DNA of 33,294 bases from Azolla caroliniana (lineage: Eukaryota > Plantae > Polypodiophyta), in the NCBI GenBank assembly GCA_043228905.1, contig JBHGNT010000338.1:1-33294 (forward strand), read 5' to 3'. The notes beneath the pieces are model-generated. The model worked only from the letters and a program-made list of their open reading frames with translations. It ran no database searches and was not told where the DNA came from. How positions within the stretch are numbered: position 1 is the first letter of the stretch; every line of letters begins with the position of its first letter. A program made the position numbers and the translations under genes. This document shows positions 12,501 through 30,717 of this stretch, piece after piece.

Positions 12501-15500
12501 ACGCCAAGTCATGATGCGTTTCGAACCCACGACTTTGTCTATGTACTCAATTAGTCTAATCGATTGATGAAACATAAAATGAGATGTATGCCAATACATA
12601 TAGGTTCAAGATCTCTTTCTGATGTTCCAGAAAGTTCTGGAACTTTCTAAAAGCTTCTGCATGAAACTCCCTTTGCTTGAATGCAGAACTCATGGAATCG
12701 TATAAATAAAGGGGTTCACCTTGATCCCAATCAAGGCGAACAATGCTAGTTACGGAGTCAAATATTCAGCTTCATCTATCTTCTGCTTCTCGCTCATCTC
12801 TCAGTATTCCGTTGTTTGCCCTAGCTCTGCTCTACTTTGCTCTTGCCTACCTCTGTTCTGTTCTACCTTGCTCTACCCGTGTCCGTGACAGTAAAATAGG
12901 TATACATATTTACAACTCCTGGTCACTAATGGAAGCCATTGGCGGAAACAACCATCTGGGTGCTTGGAAGCTCCATTTAGGCCCTGATGATCTGACTGAC
13001 CACCATAGGAGAATTGTCGCATTTCAGTAGAAGCTTTGTTAGACTGAGCTCTTCCTGCTTCATCTGATTCCCCTTGAATCGAATCGTACTGTCCCCGCAA
13101 CCAAGATACCAGGTCGAATAATATGTTTAACAACACCTCACCACTTGGGAGCTTGGGAGCTTGTGCTGTTGAAAAACAAACTTACAACACTTGGTCAAAA
13201 TGTGCTAGACCGTTAAGCAAGCCACCATCATCCATATCTCCTCAAAAAATTCAGATTTTGTGCTAGGTCGAACTCCAACACATTGAAACACATTGTCAAC
13301 CTGAACTATAAATCCATGACCATGGGGGTTTAACAGTTCCGCCCAGCCTTCCCCTTATTAACTTTAGCCCCTGGAAGGACCCCCATACAACTCTCCCATT
13401 CACACCGCATGCTACCATGATCTTAAGACTTTGACCCGAAATGTTAATCGTGTCTGCGCAATTCCAAAAACAGTGAGGAATCGATTCCAAAGAGTGTCCA
13501 CATATATTACAACCAACCTCCCCGCCACGACACCTCAACGACTCCCCCACATGTATCGCCTTATGGCTAAGAAACCACAACCAAAGCTTTATTTTTTCTG
13601 GCATATCAAACACTCATAGTCTCCTCTAAAACGACTTCAACAAGTCATCAGATATGCCCTTATCCCTCCAGCTATTGTTAGTTTGACCAGCGGTCATTGA
13701 TTTAGAGCCAATGATTTGCCTTCCTAGCTTAGTATGGTACTTGAAAAACCGTTCCAATTTGTTCGTTCCCGGTTTCTACCATCATACCTCTAGCATAAGG
13801 GCTTGTTGTCAAATATCCAGAGTTTACAATCAGTTTCTAACTTCTTGAGGTCCGAGTTTACTTGCCACTTCTTACCTTCCAACACTGCCACCCGCACTGC
13901 CAACCACTGGCCATTGTTTGTGAAAGCACTTAGGTTGCCCCACAAACAATACTCATTAGATGGGCACCTACCACAAATAATTTGTGCATCACCATCACCT
14001 ACAAACCACCCAAACCATACCCCCTCTTCGTCATTCAACCTAGCTAGACCATCAACAACCTTATCTATCAACTAAGTCACCTTTTCCGGCCTGCCAATAA
14101 ATAAAGTACTACCAATCTGACCCTCCCTCCTCGTCATTTTGAAAACTTCCCAGTCTCTTACTGAACTAACATTGTACCCTAACATCTACCCCCATTGCAA
14201 ATATTTTTTCTGGTTACCGTCTTCGCTTCTAATCCACAGGTTCCAAAACAGTGGTCATCGGAGTTGTTCCTCCATCGTTTTCGGTTGCATTTATTGGCTA
14301 TTGAATTTAATTTCACAGATAAACAAAGAAAAGGATCCCAATTTAAAATGGTTATTCAAGTTTGAAGTTCAATTTAATAGTGATGTGTTTGCGAACTAAA
14401 ATTTCTCAGAGTCAAAATTAAAACAAAAACAAACAGATCCAATGGAATCAGATTATTTGGAGTTAACGTATTGCCTTTTTTGTTTGAGGAATCAAATCCA
14501 ATGGATTAAACTCTTGTTCCAAACTTAAACTACAAACAAGTGCATCTAACTCTTGTTAGTTAGCTCCCCAAAAATGCAAGGAATTGAGTGAGTGACATTG
14601 ATTAAACCAACACACTACATTGTACGTGCAAGTTATAAAGAACATGTTACATGAGAAGTAATACGAAAAGTGATTGCATCCTATGTTGAAAATTGAATAC
14701 ATAGACCTAGTGTGTCCAGAAGCCCCACATTGTAATAATGGAGTTATACATTAAATGTTTTTAGACTCACACCATACTAATTGACCTAGGCTTCAAAAAT
14801 AATTTTAATGTTCTCTCTCCATGTCCCAAATGGTGGTCCATAGAGAGAATTTGATGCAATATGTTGCATTCTTTCCTACAAAATCCCCATTAACTAGTGC
14901 ACTTTCCAACAAGAACATGATGCACAATGATCTACATTTCCCACATCCATGTCCCAAGTGGTGATCTATAACAAGAATTGAATGCAATAATTTGCCTTCT
15001 ATCATTCAAAATCCCCATCAACTAGCACATTTTGCAACAAGAACATGATGCACAATATTGTACATTTCCTAGTATTTGGAAACACATCACAAATGTGCCA
15101 TCTTATATTCACAAGAATATACAAAGCATTTGATGATATAGGCTACATATTACTTTCTCCTTTTCACTATTGAAAATGATAGTATATCAGATGATCAAAG
15201 ACCATCAATAGAATCTTCTAGAAAATCAATCACGGTGACATTAATGGAGGTTGGGAGAGCTACATCCATCATGATTCATTAGTATCCATGTTCATTGACA
15301 GGAGTTGTTGAGATGGGAGTTATAGTCGTAAAAGGATCTCTAATGTAGCAACAAATGCTTCACAAAATGTCCTAAACCCTCTTATATCGTGTGGATATTA
15401 GTATTTTGATGTCACAAGTTATTATAAGGAATCTCGAGGATAGAACATTAGTGGTGCATCACTTTAGGGATCCATTATGTAGTAACAAATGAATCACAAA

Positions 15501-17346
15501 ACACCAATACTCCTATATCGTGTGGGTATCTATATTTTGATGTCACAAACTAGTATAAGAAATCTCAAGGATAGAAAAAAAATGGTGCATAACTTTAGGG
15601 TGAACATTTCGAGCACTCTACAAACTAGTGAATGAAGATAATGTTTGTCGTTAGTGCTATCCAATTAACTCGTAATTTTGTGATTTTGACCTTCAAAGAA
15701 ATGCATTTGATATACATTGCAATTTTTCTATTTGCAAATTGAACATTGATCAAATTACTAGAAGTTACATACTTAGACATTGAAATATGTTTGACATAAA
15801 AATGTTGTAATTGGTTATAGTTCAGGTTTGGATTATATTCCCGAAATTAATGGAGATTAGAGTTTGCAAAAGGCCTTTAAAATTCTGAAAGCTTTGTGAT
15901 TAGAGGTCTATTGGCTTTCTACCATAGAAGTTGCTCCTACCTTATGCTAGTATGTTGACAAATGTAAATTAATTTATGGTCTATCAAGTATATATCATTT
16001 GAACTAAGCCTTTAATAAATCATTACTCAAGTGATCATTAATCTCCACATTTAACAAGCATTGTAACATAATATAGGGACTTATTTTTTACTAGGGTCCT
16101 TTCCCAACACGGCTTAACCAAGTTCTCTATTTTACGCTTTTTAATTGCATGTATGCCTTAGGGTATTAATCTGAAAATTGTTTATAAGCAATCTACAGTT
16201 TGATCAATAATTAAGTTGTCTACTTGCAAATTAGATAACTTATTATGTGTTTGAATGTTTAGGCAAGATTATTATATATGACTTGGCAACCAAAGATTGT
16301 GTTCTTAAAAGCACAATTTAAAAAATTATTCTTAAATACAACATGCGAGTGAGTGTTTAGACAACCCTAAATTGTCAGTAATGCATTAGGAGGGTGTCTT
16401 ATAAAATCCCATGGTACCTTTGGTTGCCAATAACATATCTATCTTGTTTGCATTTTTGTTCAACTCGTATTTCACATCAATGTCAAGTCATAAATCCGCA
16501 TTGAATTTTTTGTCAAGTTCAAGTCTTAACTACTTCTATTCTTTACCAATATTACTTGTTTAGGTTGATACTCAATCTTTCATTCTCTAGAGTAAATAGC
16601 CTTGTGGGACTAGTTTTATGTTGGCCTCAATAATATGGTAAGATTCAATATAGATCAAAAGAATAACGAGAATCCTTTCATTAACAAACTCAAAATTGTG
16701 CAATACGACCCATGAACTAGGACAAACGAAAACCATGAATAACATGATGAAAAATCAATGAATATTTCATCAAAGCACGTGCAATAAGAATGAATTAAAT
16801 AGAAATACGTAATATTTGAAGATTGATGACAAACCTAATAAACTAGATTTTGTTCTAAATGTAACATTATAATGGATGTATATTTACAGGAGGTTTGGTG
16901 TGCCAAGACCAACATGGATGGGGGTGTCAAAGTTACCGATGATAGCTATGTTTTTATGGTTAGCAACGGGAAAATTGGGAGGATCATTATATGTGGGCTC
17001 ATTCTTTGTGGGTCTTTGTCATGGCTCCCTTATTTCCTTAACTATCCCAACCGTGTCAGAATTATATGGCCTTAAGTTCTTTGGCACCAACTTCATGCTC
17101 ACTAACACACATCTCCTTGCGGGTTCATCCATTCTTTCTGGAGTCCTTGCAGGTTATCTTTATGATCTCCATGCTTCTTCCGACACACTCGTATGTTATG
17201 GTTCTGATTGTTTTGGGACAACATTCTTCATCTATGCTTCCCTCCTCACCTTCGCACTCTTCCTTGATGCTCTCATTGCTTTCTTGAGTCGTCCCCTTTA
17301 TCGCAAGGTCCAAAATTTCATCATCAACTTCATTGATAGATCATAG
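6283..17346 (+). CDS. Nodulin-like / NUCLEAR FUSION DEFECTIVE 4-like major facilitator superfamily transporter; 3 exons: 6283-6597, 7437-8470, 16890-17346 (1806 nt, 601 aa)
   Basis: Family motifs [124 protein letters not shown] and [11 protein letters not shown] junctions at 6598/7436 (phase 0) and 8471/16889 (phase 2) keep a single open frame to TAG at 17344-17346. Confidence 0.93.
6615..6830. repeat. Inverted duplication plus direct duplication (A-B-A'-B) at the start of MFS intron 1
   Basis: 6615-6663 is inverted at 6719-6779 (27-bp perfect core 6637-6663/6719-6745); the spacer 6672-6718 recurs directly at 6779-6830. Confidence 0.9.
7037..7158. repeat. ATCATGC/TGGATTGGTTC minisatellite in MFS intron 1
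   Basis: Three copies of TGGATTGGTTC.ATCAT embedded in ATC/ATGC repeats. Confidence 0.85.
7437..8470 (+). CDS. NFD4-like MFS transporter, exon 2
   Basis: Acceptor CATCAG ends at 7436; [10 protein letters not shown]...SGYVSEYTI; donor AG|GTGCAC at 8471. Confidence 0.92.
8901..9200. repeat. Degenerate ~121-127 bp tandem repeat
   Basis: CCCATTTTTGTGGA...CTAGTAAATGTCCTC..AACCTCAC occurs at 8902 and 9023, with a partial third copy near 9150. Confidence 0.8.
10249..10363. repeat. ~59-bp tandem duplication abutting the LINE tail
   Basis: AAAACATCAAAATGACC.TAATGTAGCT.TATAAAAT.AGTA..ATCAAGTAA occurs twice. Confidence 0.9.
10470..10586. repeat. 59-bp tandem duplication in the LINE 3' UTR
   Basis: CCCCACCCCCTCATTTACAAC.AAAGTATCCCATCAA.TCTTTTAACATGGT occurs twice. 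Confidence 0.9.
10600..10980 (+). repeat. 5' LTR (U3 and start of R; remainder deleted)
   Basis: Aligns to 12423-12743; three ~62-70 bp subrepeats, HSE array, TATAAATA at 10938. Confidence 0.88.
10861..10895. promoter_or_regulatory. Heat-shock element array in the 5' LTR
   Basis: aTTCcaGAAagTTCtaCAActTTCtaGAAgcTCCt: same 5-bp phasing, 5 of 7 units perfect. Confidence 0.7.
10981..12410 (+). pseudogene. Degenerate gypsy integrase (HHCC, DDE core, GPY/F) with C-terminal chromodomain
   Basis: [11 protein letters not shown]...[81 protein letters not shown]...[11 protein letters not shown]...[10 protein letters not shown]. Several in-frame stops and frameshifts. Confidence 0.9.
12052..12268 (+). 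repeat. 107-bp tandem duplication of the chromodomain N-terminal half
   Basis: AATCCCCGGTCGAAACC... at 12052 and 12159; the copies differ by three G>A changes. Confidence 0.95.
12423..12890 (+). repeat. 3' LTR
   Basis: Follows the PPT; two subrepeats, HSE array, TATAAATA at 12701, CT-rich U5, ends in TGACA. Confidence 0.88.
12624..12658. promoter_or_regulatory. Heat-shock element array (nGAAn inverted repeats) in the 3' LTR
   Basis: gTTCcaGAAagTTCtgGAActTTCtaAAAgcTTCt: five consecutive perfect units, seven with one mismatch. Confidence 0.75.
14850..15600. repeat. Two adjacent ~130-bp diverged duplications (14850-15070 and 15335-15600)
   Basis: CAAAATCCCCAT.AACTAG.(G)CAC.TT..CAACAAGAACATGATGCACAAT twice; ATGTAG.AACAAATG..TCACAAAA...TATATCGTGTGG...GATGTCACAA...GGTGCAT.ACTTTAGGG twice. 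Confidence 0.8.
16261..16449. mobile_element. Degenerate MITE-like element (candidate)
   Basis: TTGGCAACCAAAG (16283-16295) is the exact reverse complement of CTTTGGTTGCCAA (16418-16430), with looser similarity extending outward (CAAGAT..ATATG / CATAT..ATCTTG). No clear TSD. Confidence 0.4.
16890..17346 (+). CDS. NFD4-like MFS transporter, exon 3 (C-terminal TM helices)
   Basis: Acceptor TTTACAG ends at 16889, phase matches exon 2; [10 protein letters not shown]...NFIDRS*. Confidence 0.92.
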
Positions 17347-19275
17347 AAGTCCCTCATAAGTACAAGATGAAGGCCCTATAATTCTTTCAAATGCAATGAT
17401 CTTTGCTATCTCAAATAGATATCATATTTATTTTGCACAATAGATCAAGAATAAGCTTGTCTAAGAAGAAGGCATTTCTTTTAAGTTTCTATAGCTTGTA
17501 GTTTATTGGTGGATCAACTTCTTTAGCTTCAAATTTGTAGTTTTTTGGTGGATCCACTTCTTTAGTTATTTAGTTTGACCTCACAATGTATCATTTGAAG
17601 TACCCCAACTTTGAAAAGAGTTTGTAAAGGCTAAATTTTGACTAGAATAATAATATTCTAGCATAGACTTAAAATTTTGCGGATAAATGTAATAAGTGCA
17701 CTTTTGAGCAAACATTTTCGCTTTCTTCATAGGACAATAAATTTACAACATCATTATTTTGACTCATTATGTTTCAATCTCTATCTTAAATGTCATCTCA
17801 TACATTATCCATATGTCAACACTTCATGTTTTTGTATCATATTTGCAATAGTAGACCATGCCCCTTTGTCTCTCTTTTGTAAAAGTAGTATGTATGCAAA
17901 AATAAATAAGCACCACAAGAGATCAATTGAATCAATATTCTAGTTAGCCTAGGTATATGTAGTTGTACTTGATGGGGAACCATCAAATAATAACTTGTTT
18001 CTCATACTCTTATGAAAAGGTATCGGTAGAGCTCAATAATGAGATCTGCCAAATCAATTTTTGATTGAACCTAGGTGTATTTGGAGAACCACCAAATAAT
18101 GTATTCTTTCTCATACTTCAATTACTTTTACCATATCACGACAACTAGACAATACCAACGAACCTTGTGCGAGCACCGAGCACCATTATAATATAAAGAA
18201 TCTTCATGGCAAGATAAGCACTCTAAGGACAATAAAACTAGATTATACGAAGAAAACTCGTCTCCTTGAGCAATGAGAACATGACGGAGAACCCGATTGC
18301 TCGCCGAAATCATATCTTCTGGTTCAACTTGGGGAAAGCAACAAAAAAGCTTTGGGAGTTCACACTTACCATGGTGTCAATGTTGTTGTGACTCCCCCCC
18401 CCCCCCCCCCTTTCCATGACCGCATAAAAGGTGATCTCTCTTTTGTCTCCACTTTGTACCTGGTGTATTGTTGGTTGGCCTTTTCTATGGGTTGGGAATG
18501 AGTTTTTAAGTAGTTGTCTAGTATGCCTTTCCTCCCAAAACAATGGGAATCACCCCAAGCTACCACCCACCCATGGAGTGATCGATCAGTAAGTCAGGGG
18601 ATTGCGGGCCATGGGGTTTGTCATTCGTGGTGGTCCTTAGTTATTGTTCCACTTCGCCTCGATCCTGCATGAGTTGTGTTCCTCGATCATGTGCTTGCAT
18701 GTGAACTGCCAGGCCTGATGCTCATTCGTGGTCTAAAATGGAGGTTTGTGCGATATTTTCTTTGGTCGCCCTACCTCTCGTGTAGCCCTTGCTAGCTGAG
18801 ATGGAGGAGTTGTTACTTCGGTTCCTCCACTCCTAGGTTAGGGACACAAAGCATGATCGTGTCATGGCACTCAAGACTGCCTCATTCTTCTATATATATA
18901 TGTATGGTTTCTACCCCCACTTGGAGAGGCCACATTTCTACCTTAGCCATGCATTGAGACAAGACAAAGACGTGCCCTCGACTCTATCTAGGAGCCCATG
19001 TTGCTTCAAATGGCATGACGACTTTGTTTTCACCTCTACCTCCTCGACTAGCCTTTGGCCATGTGACTCGATGAGCATACAAATCGGGTCTAATATGGGT
19101 GCCACCAATGGGGGTGTGGAAGTTGGTCCTTTCTCCTTTCACACACACACACGTAGTGTAGAGCATGTTCTGTTGTGCAAACCTACTCTCGCCCCGCCCT
19201 GCTCAAGACGTGATATTGGTCTGCTTGTTCACACCTACTCAAGGAAACTCATGATATCTTTTTCATGAACTTGTT

Positions 19276-19530
19276 GTGAATAAGGGAATGAGGGGAGATG
19301 GCAAACAACCCAACCATCACAAAACAACAACAACAAAAGACACTACAAGAATTACAATAACAACCACAAAAAGCATAAACAACGACACCATTGTCATTGT
19401 CAGTGAACAAGGGAATGACGGGAGATGGCAAACAACCCAACCATCACGAACCAACAACAACAAAAGACACAACAAGAATTACAATATCTACCACAAAAAG
19501 CATCAACAACGACAACATTGTCATTGTCAA
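19276..19530. repeat. ~127-bp CAA-rich tandem duplication
   Basis: GTGAA(T/C)AAGGGAATGA.GGGAGATGGCAAACAACCCAACCATCAC...CATTGTCATTGTCA occurs twice. Confidence 0.9.
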
Positions 19531-21254
19531 TCACACTTGCTCCTATACTAAAAACAATCTACAATTTTGAAATTGCCTTACAATATTCATATTTACTTAT
19601 AAGATGGTTACTAGCTCCCTCTTTAGAATGCCATTTTTTGTTTTTGAAGTGGTGTATTAATATCCTTCTCGCTTAAAGCTCCTAATAAGAGCTACTCTTT
19701 CATTAAGTAGAAGGGTGCCATGTGACCACAACCACTAAGAAAAAAATGGACAAGCTTTTGGAAGACAATTGTACATTTTTGCCTAAGTAGAAAGCTTTCG
19801 TAATACCGTCATTATGACTCGTCTTAAGATAATAATGCACATTGAAAACTAAGTTACAAAGCTTTTAACACCACCATTGGTTGACACTCTTGTGAAAGAA
19901 GACGATGACATACTATCAAAGAAGACATCTAAGAGAGTGGGAAGGATGGATGAGCCTCAAATTTACTCTTGAATCTACAAGCTTTTTTGCTCACATAACC
20001 ACATAATAAATTGATGTATAAACATTAATGCCAATGGCTTGGGATTCTTAAGCAACTTCCTCTTGAATATACAAGCTCTTTTGCTCACATAACCACAATA
20101 AGATGATGTATAAGTACAAATGCCATAAACAAGTTTGTGGGTTCATTTGGGATCATGCACACAAACATTTAGACTCCTGATAAGATGGGCTTACACCATC
20201 TTTAGTTGCCCAAGTATTTTCTAGATATTTGACATGCATTTGGTGGGAGTGGAAATAAGTCGAACTTGATTTTCATTAGCCATCGATTGCTCACCTAGTT
20301 TACAATGTTATCTACTAGTTGTTTGTAAACAAAAATAGAAGATCGAAGCCCTTAAGAAGTTTGTAATTATTTTGATAATGTGAAGATGCACTTTCTAGTG
20401 GCCCATCAATATATTCGTCCAAACCTAATGATAAGGTGATGTCTATTTACTTCTCCATTCTTGAAATCTCTCAATTTTCTCACAATCTTGCTCTCAAGTT
20501 CTATTATTATCGATCAACACCTTCTATTTGGTGGGAAAGATTCACACTCAAGTTTTCGTCCTTAATAATTTGCAAATATCATTTGGCAATCACTTATGAG
20601 CAACTATATTGTGGTTTAGTGAAGCTATATAATATATATGGGTCTTTCGTTTAGAACTGGTATGATCAATTCATCCCCCATTTCTAAGTTATATTAGCTA
20701 GTTAAGTAACTTTATGTTGTACCCCCCATTTTCGTTTTGTATTCCACGTGGTTAACGAAATTGTTGATAACAAAACTTAGAGGGGAGCATTTAGGTGATT
20801 TCGGAGTTCCCCAAGTATCAAATGACCAAACCATATTTTATATTTATAATTTTATTGCTTACTTTGAGTCAAATATAAATGATATATTTTTTTATGGCAG
20901 TGGTGCTTTAGACATTGAACAATGTTAAATCATCACATAGCTAAATGCAAAGAATGTCCCGAGATCTCCCCATTGACTTCCGAGTGAAGCACGACGCTAT
21001 GTTATATGTATGGACATGCATTAACAACTAGAGTGACTACTATCTCGATGAGTTACTCGGCGATCCAATCTTGTTAGTGCATGTTCATTTCACAATTTCA
21101 TCGTGGTGGGTAAGGTGTTGGGCGTCACCAAATCATGTGACCAGATGTATGTATCAGTATGTATATATATACAAAGGAAGGCGGAAGAAGCAAAGAGAAG
21201 ACAAGGCAGTGAAGTGTGTATATTTACATATTTGCTCTAAATGTTTTGCTTTTG

Positions 21255-21573
21255 AAGAAAGAAAAAGCAAAAAGCAAAAAGCAAAAAAGGAAGGGAGACG
21301 TATGGATCACGGAAAAGAAAAAGGAGAAGAAAAAGAGAAAAGCGAAAATGAAAAAGAAAACGAAAAACAGGAAAGCAAAAGCAAAAGCAAAAGCAAAAGA
21401 AAAAGAGAAACGCAAAAGCAAAAGAGAAAAGGAAAAGGAAAAAAAGCAAAGCCAAAATAGCAGAAGAAGAATAAAAATAAAATTAGAAGATCAGAAATGC
21501 AAAATATATTTAGATCGAGAGATGGTGGAAAAGCAGAAGAAGAAGAAGAAGAAGAAGAAGAAGAAGAAGAAGA
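21255..21573. repeat. Purine-rich low-complexity tract ending in (GAA)n, upstream of UKL
   Basis: AAAAGC/AAAAG repeats at 21255-21480; (GAA)n at ~21536-21573. Confidence 0.9.
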
Positions 21574-21618
21574 ATATCTGCTTCCCAACCTCAGTCAGCA
21601 TCGATGGCGTTAAATCAG

Positions 21619-21627
21619 AAACCCTAA
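21619..21627 (+). promoter_or_regulatory. Telo-box (AAACCCTAA) in the presumed UKL 5' region
   Basis: Exact motif in the expected near-TSS position; function inferred. Confidence 0.5.
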
Positions 21628-22227
21628 CCCCGATCCTTCTGCAACAAGCAAAACTGATCTTACATCCTTTTGTATCCACCTACTAATGGCGCTATCTCAG
21701 ACACCCTGACCCTGACCCTGATCCTGATCCTAATCCTAATCAGTCTGCAACAGGCAAGCTTTGCTTCTCTATCCTCATGTATGTATGACTTTATTGATTG
21801 TGTATCTTATTTTCCACCGTTCTGCTTTTCCTTTTTCTGATCGTTTTTTAAATTTGTTTTTATATTAATTCCAATGATGATGAATGGATCGTCTTCTTGT
21901 TAATCTTGGGTTTTTTCCCTGTTATCTTGTTTTTATGCAGTAATGATTTGATCGTACTATAGAGAGATTTTGGAGGCGTTTTGAGTGCATGTAAAGAAGA
22001 AGATTAATAATAGAAGGAAAAGATAAGCGATTTTTGTGCTGATTGTTCCAAGAGCTCAGAAGGTGTGGAGAAATACAGGGATACTATCAGGAGGAGACGT
22101 ACAGTGAAGAGCTTAAGAACGAGAAGATGGTGAAGAGTTTAGGAGGAGAAGAGGGCGAAGAGTTTTAAAGGAAAAGAGAATAACAGTGTGAAGAAGAGCA
22201 AAATCTTTTGGGGTTTTAGGCAGAGGT

Positions 22228-22272
<45 letters not shown>

Positions 22273-22294
22273 AAGAGGGATTGTGCTGGGGAGC

Positions 22295-29656
<7,362 letters not shown>

Positions 29657-30717
29657 TTCCCCAATTAAGTTTCAATATTTCTTCAGGATAAGAGCTTCAA
29701 TAATTTCTTCAGTTCTTACTTAAATCCTCTGAAAGAGGGATAAAAAATGTATCGAATGAGAAAATCTGATATTAATTTTGATTTGTAGGTTCATTCAATG
29801 CCAAATGTTCCAGTCAATTTGCTAGACATGGGAATAAGAGTTTTTTCTTTGTTTCTTCCTTCGGCAAGAAGGGATAGAGAATCCATTGTTGGATGTTAAT
29901 TGCATTTATATGATTATTCTATGAGTTTTTATTCAGTGGCCGCCCACTAGTTTTATGCTGAGTTTTAAAGTCTGTCTGATAGGGAAGAGGCATATCTAAA
30001 TGGATAACAAGCTAACCTTCATCAAGGGGAATGTTTGCCAACTTGGTAAATTTTGTATTTATTTTTGTATATTGTTTATGAGAGTTTTGATAGAATATAG
30101 GAAATTGGGTTGACATCAAAATCGTTTATGGGAGTTGATAGAATATAGGTAGAAGTAGACTTTTCCTCTTTGATTGATTGAATGATAAATCCTTTCCTTT
30201 TGTTATTTGTGAGTTGTTTCGTGTCATGAGGTATATGTTTCATGAACTAAAAATAAACCTCACTATCTTTCTATCCATCTATATACTTTTTCATGATATT
30301 TTTCTTTTGCCAAGAATGAGGTTCCCAGAAAAGGATTTAAGAAATTTTTGTGCCTTATTTCTCGCTGTGGAAAGATCCATATTTAGCCTATGAATCTAGT
30401 GCTCCTACTCATGTTCCAGTTAATTAAATCTTGGTCGAATTATATGAAGGGCTATGAGCATGCTTGATATTCTCAAGTACAACATTAGAATAATTGCTAT
30501 TTTCAAGAGCCGAGCTTTTCAAGATGTTCCTTGTCATCATTGATTCGTTGTGCTCCCAATGAAGTATGTTGGATTTTCTGTGATTGTTCCATTTGTATCT
30601 TTGTATTTGGTGGCCAATGTTTTATGTCATTGGAGATCAATAGGTTACATATTAATATTCCAAAGCATCTGATCCTTTTGAACTTTGTTAACTAAAATTG
30701 GCATTAAATATTGATCG

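Larger units (their letters stand above)
10600..12890 (+). mobile_element. Internally deleted Ty3/gypsy chromovirus LTR retrotransposon (Tcn1-like), in intron 2 of the MFS gene
   Basis: Termini TGTCA (10600) and TGACA (12890); near-TSD GTAAT/GTAAA. Partial 5' LTR 10600-10980 is homologous to the 3' LTR at ~12423-12890. Purine-rich PPT-like AAAGGGACGATAA precedes the 3' LTR. Integrase and chromodomain lie between the LTRs; gag, protease, RT and RNase H are absent. Confidence 0.92.
10363..14285 (-). mobile_element. 5'-truncated, degenerate L1-like LINE (ORF2 C-terminus at ~14285-12910; 3' UTR split by the LTR element; tail at ~10363)
   Basis: Minus-strand peptides [14 protein letters not shown], zf-RVT-like [14 protein letters not shown]...[18 protein letters not shown] and terminal [13 protein letters not shown]...EL* (stop at 12912-12910). 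The 3' tail motif and oligo(A) at 10363-10405 are shared with other copies. The 5' boundary is approximate and no TSD was seen. Confidence 0.8.

Noticed and set aside
14259-14272. 14-bp inverted match between the LINE 5' region and GGAGGAACAACTCC at 1621
   Set aside because: Too short and isolated to distinguish from chance.
14330-14620. Possible Tourist-like MITE (TGTTTG/CAAACA motifs, repeated ATCCAATGGA)
   Set aside because: No convincing paired termini or TSD.
18385-18840. GC-richer segment with a poly(C) run
   Set aside because: Probably transposon debris, but no termini, TSD or protein motif could be identified.
18860-19256. Possible solo LTR (TGTCATG...CATGATA) and the 134-aa ORF within it
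   Set aside because: The right end is not CA, the flanks show no TSD, and the ORF has no recognisable motif. It may still be a repeat remnant.
21071-21686. Lys/Glu-rich and Phe-rich ORFs of 60-156 aa on both strands
   Set aside because: Translations of an A/G low-complexity tract and (GAA)n; no domain or splice structure.
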